From Runella aurantiaca (GTDB lineage: Bacteria > Bacteroidota > Bacteroidia > Cytophagales > Spirosomataceae), in the NCBI RefSeq assembly GCF_003339505.1, contig NZ_QPIW01000003.1, positions 184,471-248,470 of the forward strand: 64,000 nt of DNA, in the 5' to 3' direction. Below the pieces are notes generated by a model that searched no databases, had not been told where the DNA came from, and saw nothing but the letters and a program-made list of their open reading frames with translations. Position 1 is the stretch's first letter; the number at the start of each line of letters is the position of its first letter. Made by a program: the position numbers and the translations under genes. This document shows, one piece after another, positions 21,208-30,209 of the stretch.

Positions 21208-21260
21208 CAATAAAAACAAAAAAGTAGAGCACCCTATCAATGGATATAGGGTGCTCTACT
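21208..21260 (-). terminator. rho-independent terminator after the TIM-barrel gene (15-bp perfect stem agtagagcaccctat / atagggtgctctact + T-run on minus strand)
   Basis: Perfect inverted repeat 21223-21237 / 21246-21260, followed on the minus strand by TTTTTTGTTTTT. Confidence 0.75.
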
Positions 21261-21277
21261 TAAAATCAATTTAGAAA

Positions 21278-22144
21278 TTACAAACTCTTCAAATAAGCAA
21301 TGCTTTTTGGCACTTGCTGATACCAAGTGGGGCTTTCGTCTTCGATGAAATAATGCTTAATACCGATTTTCTTGGCTTCCTTAATTACACCCGCCACGTC
21401 GACCTGTCCTGTGCCCAACACTACGTCGTTTATTAAGGGTGTACCGCCGGTCAAATCGCCTTTTACGCCATTTCTGAGGTCTTTGAGGTGAATGAGTTTG
21501 AAGCGATTGCCGTATTTTTTCAACAAACTAACGGGTTCAGCTCCTCCGTGAAATGCCCATAGGATGTCTAATTCAAAGGATACATATTCGGGGTTGGTGT
21601 TTTTGACAATGTAGTCAAACAAGGTTCCGTCTTCGTAAGGCTGGAATTCGTAGCCGTGGTTATGGTAGCAAAACGTGATGCCGTTTTCTTTCAACACTTT
21701 GCCAATCATATTAAAATCATCCACGGCTTTTTTGGCTTCCTCAAACGTAAAACCACCTTTGACTTTGTGCGGAATCCATGCGCACATCAGGTAGCTAGAG
21801 CCTAGCAATTTGGCCGTTTTGGCCGCCGCTGCGGGGTCTTTTACCAATTGTTCGTAGCCTCCGCCCGTTCCGGGGATTTTGATGCCACGCTCTTCGCACA
21901 TTTTTCTGAATTCTTCGGGCGTGGTGCCTTTGGCGGCTCCGCCTTCCAATTCGGTGACTCCCAACATTTTGAGGGTGTCGAGCGTGGCGGCTACGTCTTT
22001 AGGAAAACTGGCGCGGTAGGTGTACGCCTGCATTCCGATGGGGAACGTGTATAATTTGCCTTTTTGGGCAAAAACTTCGCCAACGGCACTGATAAACAAA
22101 AGGGAGAGGCTTAATAAAATGGTTGCTTTTTTCATTGTATTCAT
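21278..22144 (-). CDS. secreted sugar phosphate isomerase/epimerase (xylose-isomerase-like TIM barrel)
   Basis: Signal peptide, then TIM-barrel composition (HNHGYEF, ELDILWAFHGG). Genomic context with a GMC oxidoreductase. Confidence 0.7.
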   Translation of the reverse strand: MNTMKKATILLSLSLLFISAVGEVFAQKGKLYTFPIGMQAYTYRASFPKDVAATLDTLKMLGVTELEGGAAKGTTPEEFRKMCEERGIKIPGTGGGYEQLVKDPAAAAKTAKLLGSSYLMCAWIPHKVKGGFTFEEAKKAVDDFNMIGKVLKENGITFCYHNHGYEFQPYEDGTLFDYIVKNTNPEYVSFELDILWAFHGGAEPVSLLKKYGNRFKLIHLKDLRNGVKGDLTGGTPLINDVVLGTGQVDVAGVIKEAKKIGIKHYFIEDESPTWYQQVPKSIAYLKSL

Positions 22145-22209
22145 TTTGAGTTAGTTACTGTTTTTTAACCGCAGAGAAACAGAGTTACACAGAGGAAGGA
22201 GGATTTAGA

Positions 22210-23919
22210 TTATAACTTTCGTTTTTTCAGTTGCTTCACAGCATAATCGGCCGCGCGGGCGGTGATGGCCATGTAGGTCAGAGACGGATTTTGGGTACCA
22301 GTGGAAGTCATACAGGCACCGTCGGTCACGAACACGTTTTTGCAACTGTGTACTTGATTCCATTCGTTCAACATCGACGTTTTGGGGTCTTTGCCCATGC
22401 GAATGCCGCCCATCTCATGAATATCTGAACCCGGATTTGCGTGCGTATCCACACCACGAATGTTCTTAAAGCCTGCCAACGTAAACATTTCGGTGAGTTG
22501 TTCGAGGTAGTCTTTCACCATTTTATCGTCATTTTCCGTCCACTTCACCGACGTCACCAACTGAGGAATTCCGTAAGGGTCTTTTAAGTTCGGGTCCAAA
22601 CGCACATGGTTGCTTTCGATGGGCACGGTTTCGCCCATCATCCACGCGCTGAGGTTCCAGTTGCCCAATTGCGGATGCAGGAGCGCGTCTTTGAGTTCTT
22701 CGCCGATTTCGGCCTGTCGCGTGAGGCGTCCCCGGCCGCCACCGATGCCCGTGGCGTAGCCGCGCAGAAAATCACTTTCCTGTTTGTGGAGATTCCTAAA
22801 ACGCGGAATATAGGCGTTGCTCGGGTTTTTCCCGTCGGTCATTTTATCGTAGTAGCCTTCATATTCGGCGTTTATGCGGCCGCGATAATTATGCCACGCA
22901 ATGTATTTCCCTAAGGTACCGCTGTCGTTGCCTAGGCCGTTGGGGAAACGACTTGAAATGGAATTCAACAAAATCAGGTTGCTGTTGAGTGCCGAGCCGT
23001 TGACAAAAATGATTTTAGCGTAAAATTCTATCACTTCCTTTGTAGTGGCATCTACGACGCGTACACCCGAAGCCTTTCTTTTCTTCTCATCAAAAATAAT
23101 GGAATGCACCACTGAATGCGGGCGCAGAGTCATGTTGCCCGTTTTGGCCGCCCACGGTAAAGTGGAGGCATTGCTACTGAAATAACCGCCAAACGGACAG
23201 CCACGGTTGCAGAGCGACCGGTGCTGACATTTGGCGCGGCCTTGGTCGTAGTGGATTTGCTGCGGGTCGGTAATGTGGGCACAACGCCCCTGAATCACGT
23301 GGCGGTCTTTGTAATTTTTGGTGATGGCCTCCTGAAAATGTTTTTCGATGCAGCTCAATTCAATCGGCGGCAAAAACTCACCATCGGGCAATTCTGGCAA
23401 GCCGTCTTTATTGCCCGAAATCCCCGCAAATTTTTCGACGTGGCTGTACCAAGGCGCAATATCGGCGTAGCGGATGGGCCAATCGGTCGCAAACCCATCG
23501 CGGGCGGGGCCTTCAAAATCAAAGTCCGACCAACGCTGCGTTTGGCGCGCCCACAACAGCGATTTGCCGCCCACATGGTAGCCGCGCGTCCACTGAAACG
23601 GCTGTTCTTCCACAAACGGCTGTTCTCCTGGCTTTAAAGCCCAGTGCATGGTTTCTTCGCGCATGAAACTCGCTCGACCGTTGGGGTATTGATTGCGAAT
23701 TTCCAACGGTACCTGACCGCGATGCTCAAATTCCCACGGATGTTTATTGGCGGTTGGATAGTCGGTTACGTGTTGTACATCACGGCCACGCTCCAAAACA
23801 AGGGTTTTGAGCCCTTTTTCGCACAGCTCCTTCGCGGCCCAACCGCCGCTGATTCCTGAACCAATCACGATGGCGTCGTAGGTACGGTCTTTGATGGAAT
23901 CTATATTAAGGTATGACAT
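22210..23919 (-). CDS. GMC-family FAD-dependent oxidoreductase (no signal peptide)
   Basis: N-terminal Rossmann DAIVIGSGISGGWAAKEL. Size of 569 aa and GMC C-terminal region. Adjacent to the small TAT-signal subunit. Confidence 0.85.
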   Translation of the reverse strand: MSYLNIDSIKDRTYDAIVIGSGISGGWAAKELCEKGLKTLVLERGRDVQHVTDYPTANKHPWEFEHRGQVPLEIRNQYPNGRASFMREETMHWALKPGEQPFVEEQPFQWTRGYHVGGKSLLWARQTQRWSDFDFEGPARDGFATDWPIRYADIAPWYSHVEKFAGISGNKDGLPELPDGEFLPPIELSCIEKHFQEAITKNYKDRHVIQGRCAHITDPQQIHYDQGRAKCQHRSLCNRGCPFGGYFSSNASTLPWAAKTGNMTLRPHSVVHSIIFDEKKRKASGVRVVDATTKEVIEFYAKIIFVNGSALNSNLILLNSISSRFPNGLGNDSGTLGKYIAWHNYRGRINAEYEGYYDKMTDGKNPSNAYIPRFRNLHKQESDFLRGYATGIGGGRGRLTRQAEIGEELKDALLHPQLGNWNLSAWMMGETVPIESNHVRLDPNLKDPYGIPQLVTSVKWTENDDKMVKDYLEQLTEMFTLAGFKNIRGVDTHANPGSDIHEMGGIRMGKDPKTSMLNEWNQVHSCKNVFVTDGACMTSTGTQNPSLTYMAITARAADYAVKQLKKRKL

Positions 23920-24012
23920 TTGAGTATTGAGTAAAGAACATGGGGTATAAAGTATTAGGTATTGAGTACGAACATTGGTGTTTCCGTCTCAGTACTCAAT
24001 ACAAACTACTGG

Positions 24013-24534
24013 CTACGTTTTTACGGGCACACACCCGTAATAATGTCCTGGCGCTTGATTATATTTCAGGTGTTTGGTCTGGACGTATTCGGAGGTGGTA
24101 AACCCGAGAATTGTCAGTGATTTTACAAGTGCTAAATAGTCTTTTTGTGTCTGGTCGGCCGACATTGCTACCTTCCCCAAAACGTCTTTACGTTGGAGGG
24201 AATTGCAGTCAACGAAAGCCCGGAGATAGCGGTCTTTGGCAATGGCATCGGTTTTTTCAAGGCCTTTTTTGACATTTTCCTGCACGTCTTTTTCGTAACA
24301 ATCCAACAGCATTTTTTGGATAAAATCAGGTACGCCCAAGTCTTTGGCTCCGGGCGTATCGGTCGTTGGAATAATTGTATCCACCACCGAAACTAGCAAC
24401 GCTTCTTGTTTAGGCGAAAGATTTAACGCCCACCTTTGGATAGTGCTCGGGCTCCACGCTTCTGCCCAAGTGGGTAAAACGACCAATCCGCCTGCTGCTA
24501 AGGTGACATTTTTAAGAACTTCCCGTCGGTTCAT
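24013..24534 (-). CDS. gluconate 2-dehydrogenase subunit-3-family small subunit with twin-arginine signal
   Basis: MNRREVLKNVTLAAGGLVVLPTWAEA is a TAT signal (RR-x-x-L-K). 173 aa. Paired with the GMC oxidoreductase. Confidence 0.75.
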   Translation of the reverse strand: MNRREVLKNVTLAAGGLVVLPTWAEAWSPSTIQRWALNLSPKQEALLVSVVDTIIPTTDTPGAKDLGVPDFIQKMLLDCYEKDVQENVKKGLEKTDAIAKDRYLRAFVDCNSLQRKDVLGKVAMSADQTQKDYLALVKSLTILGFTTSEYVQTKHLKYNQAPGHYYGCVPVKT

Positions 24535-24631
24535 GTCATGAAAATCGTTTAGATAAAGTTGGGACAGTGCTATTGGAAGAAGAAATCATCTTTTTTATTA
24601 AAGTCCAGAGTACTATTTATTTACTGAATGG

Positions 24632-25777
24632 CTATTTTCTGTCCATTAACTGCCATGCTTGGTCAATTCCATCATAAATAAACATGAGACCTGTCATGCC
24701 TCTGTATTGTTGAACGGTATCAATGATAAAACCGCCCCCTATATCGAAATGAAGTTTATTGGCGGAATTAGTTGAGCTAGAAGCTAAATAGATTTTTAAT
24801 TCGGCTCCTCTCCCTACCATGATATAAACAACCCGACCATCTACGCCCCCGGCAATGCCTTTGAGATGTACTGTTCCTGGGCCATCAAATCGAATGACGG
24901 ATTTTCCATTTCGGTCTAAGTTGTCGAATGTAATATCGTTTGTGTTAAAACTTTTGGTTTCAATAGCCAACTCAAGGGCGCCATTTAGGGTAAGTGTAGA
25001 AGAGGGAGTGTCATCGCCGATTCCTACATTACCATTGCCCTGAATAGTCATTTTATTGGTGGTGTTGATGGAGTTATTTTCGGTCGTATAAAAATTTATT
25101 TTTGCTCCATTGTTGACATCGGTCCAGTTTTGGTTAGCTACCATCTCAATCCGAGCTCTGGAAGAAGTATAGCCAGTGCCGTTATACCCTTTGGCTCCGA
25201 AGCGTGCCAGGATATCGTCTTGGAGGGTGGGGGTGGGAGTGATAGTACTGCCTCGGGCTCCAATCCCGAAAATGGCCGGGGCATCACCACCATAGCGATA
25301 AATAGCAATTCCTCGATCTGAATCGTTTGGTTGTTGTACTTCTAATTGATGATCGGGAACCGTAGTTAGATAATTGCCAATTCCTACTTTCCCGTCATGG
25401 TTTACAAATAGCCGACTCAAGGCCAGAGTTGTATTGTTTTGAGTCGTAAAAATCTCAGCTTGCGTTCCCCTGTTATTGTCGTTCCAGTTTTGGGTAGCTT
25501 TAAATCGTATTGCTCCCTGAATACCCGTAAATGACCCGCCTGCGTACCCGCGTCCTTCAACGCTGAGCAACAAATTACCCGATTCGGTGGCGGACGGGTT
25601 GGCATGACTTCCATTGATTTTCACTCCGATGAGATTGGGAATGGCCGTACTTCGAAGAAATACATTCTCATATTGGGTATAATCCGTCTCGATTCGGTTG
25701 GGTCGAATCAGAATACTTTGGCAAAAAGAAGCGATGTTGGCACACACGATGGCGAGGGTAAGGATAGGCTTTTTCAT
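24632..25777 (-). CDS. hypothetical secreted protein with internal 'NWxDxNNG..I.F.TT.NN' repeats
   Basis: Signal peptide MKKPILTLAIVCANIASFCQS. Two similar segments. No recognisable catalytic motif. Confidence 0.5.
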   Translation of the reverse strand: MKKPILTLAIVCANIASFCQSILIRPNRIETDYTQYENVFLRSTAIPNLIGVKINGSHANPSATESGNLLLSVEGRGYAGGSFTGIQGAIRFKATQNWNDNNRGTQAEIFTTQNNTTLALSRLFVNHDGKVGIGNYLTTVPDHQLEVQQPNDSDRGIAIYRYGGDAPAIFGIGARGSTITPTPTLQDDILARFGAKGYNGTGYTSSRARIEMVANQNWTDVNNGAKINFYTTENNSINTTNKMTIQGNGNVGIGDDTPSSTLTLNGALELAIETKSFNTNDITFDNLDRNGKSVIRFDGPGTVHLKGIAGGVDGRVVYIMVGRGAELKIYLASSSTNSANKLHFDIGGGFIIDTVQQYRGMTGLMFIYDGIDQAWQLMDRK

Positions 25778-25858
25778 AGTCTGATTAAGTAATTGAGTAA
25801 AATACTATTGCAGCAGAAATGACAATTCTAAGTTACTCAAATCTCAAACGGGAAAGCA

Positions 25859-26668
25859 TTAGTATCCCAACTTTCTCATCGCTTCCGCGTAGCGGCGGCC
25901 TAGCTCGCGGGCGGCAGGTGCGTCAAAATGCGTTTTATCGCCTTTCTCCGCCAACCCTGCGGCTTCAACGCAAGCCGTGTGTTTAACTTTTTTGGGTAAT
26001 TGGCGAAGTTGCTCATTGATGTCTTTTGCTTCGGGAATACGATTCACGAAGAAATCGCCCAACGTACCGACCACAAACGGCACCTTACGGGCCGATAATT
26101 CTTTACGAAAACGCTTGATGAGCGCCTCTAATTTTTGGGTATAACTTCCTACCAATGCGGGTTTGCTGTCGCTTTCGCCCTGGTGCCACAAAATTCCTTT
26201 CAATTTCCCCGCGGGCAGCGCTGCTTTCGCCCGACGAAGGGCATCGTCGTAGGGATAGCTTTTGGTTTGGTCGTGGTAGCCACCCGGTTGCCACGAGTCA
26301 ATGGCCGACCCACCCACGGCCGCGGGTATAAGACCTATGATGACAGATGTATCAACCTCGGCCATTACGCGGGCAAATTCCAGCCCAGGCCCAACGCCCG
26401 CTTCGGGTTTGTCGAAGTGCATGGGTGCAACGGCAGGGACCCACTGATTGTCTTTGTTAAGCATCCAAATACGCGGATGTGGCGTGCGGTCAGACTCTTC
26501 CACCTTGCCGCGCCCCGCCATGTTTGATTGACCAACGAGCAGATATAAATGCAGTTTTTTACCCTTAAAATTAGGGTTTTGGGCCACTGCTTCCAAAGAA
26601 AAGAGGGCGAAAACATAGAAGAATAAGTATTTCATAAGGGATTGAATGGTTTTTCGCAAAGGGCGCAA
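25859..26668 (-). CDS. SGNH/DUF303-type carbohydrate esterase (sialate O-acetylesterase-like)
   Basis: Motifs LLVGQSNMAGRG and GILWHQGESD. Signal peptide present (start may be the internal MKYLFFYVF). Confidence 0.75.
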   Translation of the reverse strand: MRPLRKTIQSLMKYLFFYVFALFSLEAVAQNPNFKGKKLHLYLLVGQSNMAGRGKVEESDRTPHPRIWMLNKDNQWVPAVAPMHFDKPEAGVGPGLEFARVMAEVDTSVIIGLIPAAVGGSAIDSWQPGGYHDQTKSYPYDDALRRAKAALPAGKLKGILWHQGESDSKPALVGSYTQKLEALIKRFRKELSARKVPFVVGTLGDFFVNRIPEAKDINEQLRQLPKKVKHTACVEAAGLAEKGDKTHFDAPAARELGRRYAEAMRKLGY

Positions 26669-26674
26669 GGGGGA

Positions 26675-28114
26675 TTAGTCTTTAAAATATTTTTCCAAGA
26701 CCTCTTTCGGTTGCCATTGGTCGGGTTTGCGTACAACGTTTTTATAATCAAATACTTGTGATGAAATCTCAGCTGCAGTCAGCGGGAAGGTATCACCGTA
26801 TAATTGCTGATGTTTTCTTAGATCTTCCATCATTGTTTTTACCTTGGCGGTGTATTCGGGTTTTTGAGCCAAGTTGTTAAGTTCGTGCGGGTCAGTTTGT
26901 AAATCAAATAGTTGGACAAAATCGACTTTTGGATAACGAATCAACTTCCAACGTCGATCACGAATAGCGCGCTGCGAGAACGTATAGGCCGTAAAGACTT
27001 GCTCACGCACCGATTGGGTTTTGTTCTGAATAATTCCCGACAAATCTTTCCCTTCCAAATCTTTGGGAGCGGCTACGTTGAGCATTTTACAGATTGTCGG
27101 AAACAGGTCGAACAGATACACAAAAGCGTCACTTTTTTGGTTTTTAGGAATGCCCTTTCCGCTCATAATCAGCGGCACCCTCATGCTGTGTTCGTAAAGG
27201 TTTTGTTTGCCCAACAGGCCATGACTTCCCATTGCTAGGCCGTTGTCAGCGGCAAAAACGATGATGGTATTTTTGTCTAATCCTTTCTCTTTCAGCTTCG
27301 CCAGAATCTTCCCAATGGCTTCGTCTAAGTGCGTAATCATGGCGTAATACTCCGTAAGTTGTGATTTGATAACCTCGGTGGTTCGCGGATAAGCGGCCAG
27401 CATCTCGTCGCGCACGGTCATATCGCTGCCAAAATTGAAGGGATGCGCGGGCATAAAGTTTGGCGGAAGTGGCACGGTACCGTAGCGTTTGAGATAATCG
27501 GGCAAAGGCGAGCGCGGGTCGTGCGGGGCCGTAAACGCTACATAAGTGGCAAAAGGCTTGTTGGCCGATTGTTTGTCTAAAAACTGAATGGCCGTTTCGG
27601 CAAAATGATCGGTAGAGAATCCTTTTTTGATGGGGGTCGTAAAGGTTCCGTCGGGTTTCAAATCACACATCGGAGTTTGATAATGGTCGGCCATTCCGCC
27701 GAGCATCACGTTTTTGGCTTCCATAAAACTCGCTCCCACGGCCGCGGGTTCGTTGTGCCATTTGCCCGTCATAAAAGTAGCGTAGCCATTTTGGCGCAGT
27801 AGCATCGGCCACGTAGTGACGCCATTTAGTTTGTCAGTTACTCTAAAAAAGCCTTTTCCGCTCATCAACATGGCGCGGCTCGGCGCACAAACGGCCCCGT
27901 GATTGCCCCCCAAAATATGCGCTTCGCTGAACAACATACCATTACGCGCCAATTGGTCGAGATTGGGCGTTTGGACGTAAGGATTGCCGTAACAACCCAA
28001 AGCATCGGCGCGGAGGTCGTCGGCAAAAAGAAAGAGAATATTGGGTTTGGGAGATTGGGCGTAAACTGACTGATAAAGCAGAAAACAGAGCAATAAAGAT
28101 ACGTTCCGAATCAT
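26675..28114 (-). CDS. sulfatase (formylglycine-dependent arylsulfatase family)
   Basis: Signal peptide. LFLFADDLRADALGCYGN and CAPSRAMLMSGK give the C-x-P-x-R sulfatase signature. Confidence 0.9.
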   Translation of the reverse strand: MIRNVSLLLCFLLYQSVYAQSPKPNILFLFADDLRADALGCYGNPYVQTPNLDQLARNGMLFSEAHILGGNHGAVCAPSRAMLMSGKGFFRVTDKLNGVTTWPMLLRQNGYATFMTGKWHNEPAAVGASFMEAKNVMLGGMADHYQTPMCDLKPDGTFTTPIKKGFSTDHFAETAIQFLDKQSANKPFATYVAFTAPHDPRSPLPDYLKRYGTVPLPPNFMPAHPFNFGSDMTVRDEMLAAYPRTTEVIKSQLTEYYAMITHLDEAIGKILAKLKEKGLDKNTIIVFAADNGLAMGSHGLLGKQNLYEHSMRVPLIMSGKGIPKNQKSDAFVYLFDLFPTICKMLNVAAPKDLEGKDLSGIIQNKTQSVREQVFTAYTFSQRAIRDRRWKLIRYPKVDFVQLFDLQTDPHELNNLAQKPEYTAKVKTMMEDLRKHQQLYGDTFPLTAAEISSQVFDYKNVVRKPDQWQPKEVLEKYFKD

Positions 28115-28169
28115 GGCGTTGCCGTTGGTTTATTTCTGCTTTTAAAAAGCATTTTTTGGCAATCAACTA

Positions 28170-28213
28170 CTAAATAAAAGAACCGTATAAGGCCATAAAA
28201 AACTTATACGGTT
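28170..28213 (-). terminator. rho-independent terminator downstream of the Pnkp gene (11-bp stem aaccgtataag / cttatacggtt)
   Basis: Perfect inverted repeat 28181-28191 / 28203-28213, with a T-rich run on the minus strand. Confidence 0.65.
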
Positions 28214-28221
28214 CAACGCTT

Positions 28222-29103
28222 TTAAAAATCCCCGTAATTCACCTGCAAACACGGCAAACCCAGCTCCAAGCGCCACAAATCCACGACTTGGTTGCGGTCG
28301 TCGAGCACAAATTGCACGAAATATTGCCCTTTTACGTGCGCTTCGTAAAGCTCTTTTTTGACAACAGCATCTTTGCGCATATCTCCCGTCGTACGCATAT
28401 AGAGCGCGTGATAAGGGATATTGTTGTATTTCAGCCAATTGAGCGTCGGCGTCCGCGCTTTCTCTTCTCGACCCGACATCAAAATAATTTTGACACCCAA
28501 AGTGTAATAATTTTTGATGATTTCGGCAATGGGTTGGTTGAGATCATCCAATTCGCACGACATGGTATCGTAAGGGCTTCGGTTTCTCAAAATAGCCAAC
28601 GTGCCGTCCAAATCACACAGGATAGCAGGCGGCAAAGTTGGGTCTTGGGGCTGATAATGCGGCCCGCGCTCATCGCCCAACACGTGGGTTTTGTACATAC
28701 GTAAAATCACGTCGCGGCCTACTTTTTTCTCCCGTACTTCATCCCGTGCTAAGCTTTCTTCCAATGAAGTGTTCATTTCCCGAACCTCTATCTGCACCTG
28801 TTCTCCCGTTTCTTTGCAGTATTTCTGCACCACCTGACGAATGCGCTCCACTGGGCGGTCTGATAAATTTGTATCATCAATGATGACGTGTTTTCCATCG
28901 CGCAGAGCTTCCACTAACATCAAATCACGGACTCGCTCTACAAACTTTTCGTTGTGTTTTGAATGTTCGCTGTTGTCGAGCATGGCGCGGAGTTCGTCTT
29001 TGTTCAGCCGTTTGTACATGCCCTTGTTCTCGTCCAACAGTTGTCGGGCGAGAGTCGATTTTCCGCTGGCGGGCAGTCCCCGCAGTAAGATTACTTTTTT
29101 CAT
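28222..29103 (-). CDS. polynucleotide 5'-kinase/3'-phosphatase, T4 Pnkp-like (N-terminal P-loop kinase + C-terminal HAD/DxDGT phosphatase)
   Basis: Walker A 'LLRGLPASGKSTLA' at the N-terminus. C-terminal 'ILCDLDGTLA ... LMSGR ... RKD ... LDDRNQVV' gives HAD motifs I-IV. Domain order matches phage T4 polynucleotide kinase. Confidence 0.8.
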   Translation of the reverse strand: MKKVILLRGLPASGKSTLARQLLDENKGMYKRLNKDELRAMLDNSEHSKHNEKFVERVRDLMLVEALRDGKHVIIDDTNLSDRPVERIRQVVQKYCKETGEQVQIEVREMNTSLEESLARDEVREKKVGRDVILRMYKTHVLGDERGPHYQPQDPTLPPAILCDLDGTLAILRNRSPYDTMSCELDDLNQPIAEIIKNYYTLGVKIILMSGREEKARTPTLNWLKYNNIPYHALYMRTTGDMRKDAVVKKELYEAHVKGQYFVQFVLDDRNQVVDLWRLELGLPCLQVNYGDF

Positions 29104-29106
29104 TTT

Positions 29107-30177
29107 TTATACATCATAATTGGCAAACGGCTTCTGAAATACGGGGCGCAGTTGCTTCCAAATCACGTCGTCATAGGGCTTTTGGTCAAACATTTTGAAC
29201 AAAACCGCTGGGTAACGACAGGTTTGAAAATACAGCGCAGTGTCTTTACGCGTTTCTAAAATTTTGAAATCAGCCTTACAGATCGCTTCAATTTCCGCAA
29301 ATTGCGCCAAAAGTTGCGCGTGGGTTTCCTTGACCCACTCATAAAATTCATCGGGTACTTTTTCCAGAATCGGCGTTAAATCCTGTCCTGCTTTCAAATA
29401 CTCCCAAATGCTGACGGTTGAAACGCCCGTCACAATTCGGTGGACGCGCTGGTATTCTTCAAACTTCACTTTCAAACGATATCCACTTTGAAAACGCACC
29501 ACAAATCCTTCTTTGTTTTCTTCCTCCAGCGTTTTCAGCAACTGTAAATCGTTCAGGCCGTCGTAGCGTTTGACGATTTCAAAACCGCCTTCTTTTAGAA
29601 ATGCATGATGTTGCGTTTCTAAAACATCAATTCCCGTTTGGTTATCAATGACCGCCAAAAGAACCAATTTGCGTTCGGCTCCGTAATCCACCACAATGCG
29701 GTTTTCGGGATAAATGATTTCGAATAAATACGTCTTGGTCGGGTCTAAATTCGGAATAACGGGGGCGTATTGGGTATGCAACATGTCCGTAGCCATCAGC
29801 GCCTGCTCGCTCGAAAACGACCCGCGCGAAGCGATAAACGGCTTATTATCATACCAATACAAAATCCCTAATGAACCGTCAAGTTTCTCAAACACTTCAA
29901 AAGGCTCGTTGGGAATGACTTGGTTTTCCATTTCGCCCAAATTGAAAAACTTCCCAAAAGGGCGTGCCACGATGTTATATTCCTCATCTAAAATCAAGCC
30001 TCTGCACGCCAGCGTCAATTCATTCCAAACGCGGTCGTATTGGGTTTTGGGGGTATAGTTGTAGATGTACAACGGTGCCGTGGGGTGCTTTTGCACCTTG
30101 ATGTAATCATCGGCAATGAGTTGTTGTAAGGCTGCGATATTCATCGTTTTAGGTAGACTTGCCAAGTTTTTCAGCAT
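29107..30177 (-). CDS. ATP-dependent RNA ligase, T4 Rnl1 family
   Basis: Nucleotidyltransferase motif I 'KLDGSLG', motif IV 'EGFVVRF' and motif V 'YRLKVK'. Rnl1-like segments 'CRGLIL', 'RPFGKFFNL' and 'SRGSFSSEQALMA' (compare T4 Rnl1 'CRGIMF', 'RPMEKFFNL', 'SKGSIKSEQALMA'). Its stop lies 3 nt before the Pnkp start. Confidence 0.8.
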   Translation of the reverse strand: MLKNLASLPKTMNIAALQQLIADDYIKVQKHPTAPLYIYNYTPKTQYDRVWNELTLACRGLILDEEYNIVARPFGKFFNLGEMENQVIPNEPFEVFEKLDGSLGILYWYDNKPFIASRGSFSSEQALMATDMLHTQYAPVIPNLDPTKTYLFEIIYPENRIVVDYGAERKLVLLAVIDNQTGIDVLETQHHAFLKEGGFEIVKRYDGLNDLQLLKTLEEENKEGFVVRFQSGYRLKVKFEEYQRVHRIVTGVSTVSIWEYLKAGQDLTPILEKVPDEFYEWVKETHAQLLAQFAEIEAICKADFKILETRKDTALYFQTCRYPAVLFKMFDQKPYDDVIWKQLRPVFQKPFANYDV

Positions 30178-30201
30178 ACCTGAGGTAAACTTGGCAAGTC
30201 T
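30155..30201 (-). promoter_or_regulatory. 14-bp perfect inverted repeat (agacttgccaagtt ... aacttggcaagtct) enclosing the annotated Rnl start codon
   Basis: Arms at 30155-30168 and 30188-30201. The ATG at 30175-30177 sits in the 19-nt loop. No T-run follows, so it is not a terminator. Confidence 0.5.
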
Positions 30202-30209
30202 TGTTGATT

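Noticed and set aside
22231-23859. Several plus-strand ORFs (60-138 aa) within the GMC oxidoreductase gene, and similar antisense ORFs in susC, the sulfatase, dabA and glf
   Set aside because: Fully nested antisense ORFs in GC-balanced coding sequence with no motifs. The host genes have strong protein-level support.
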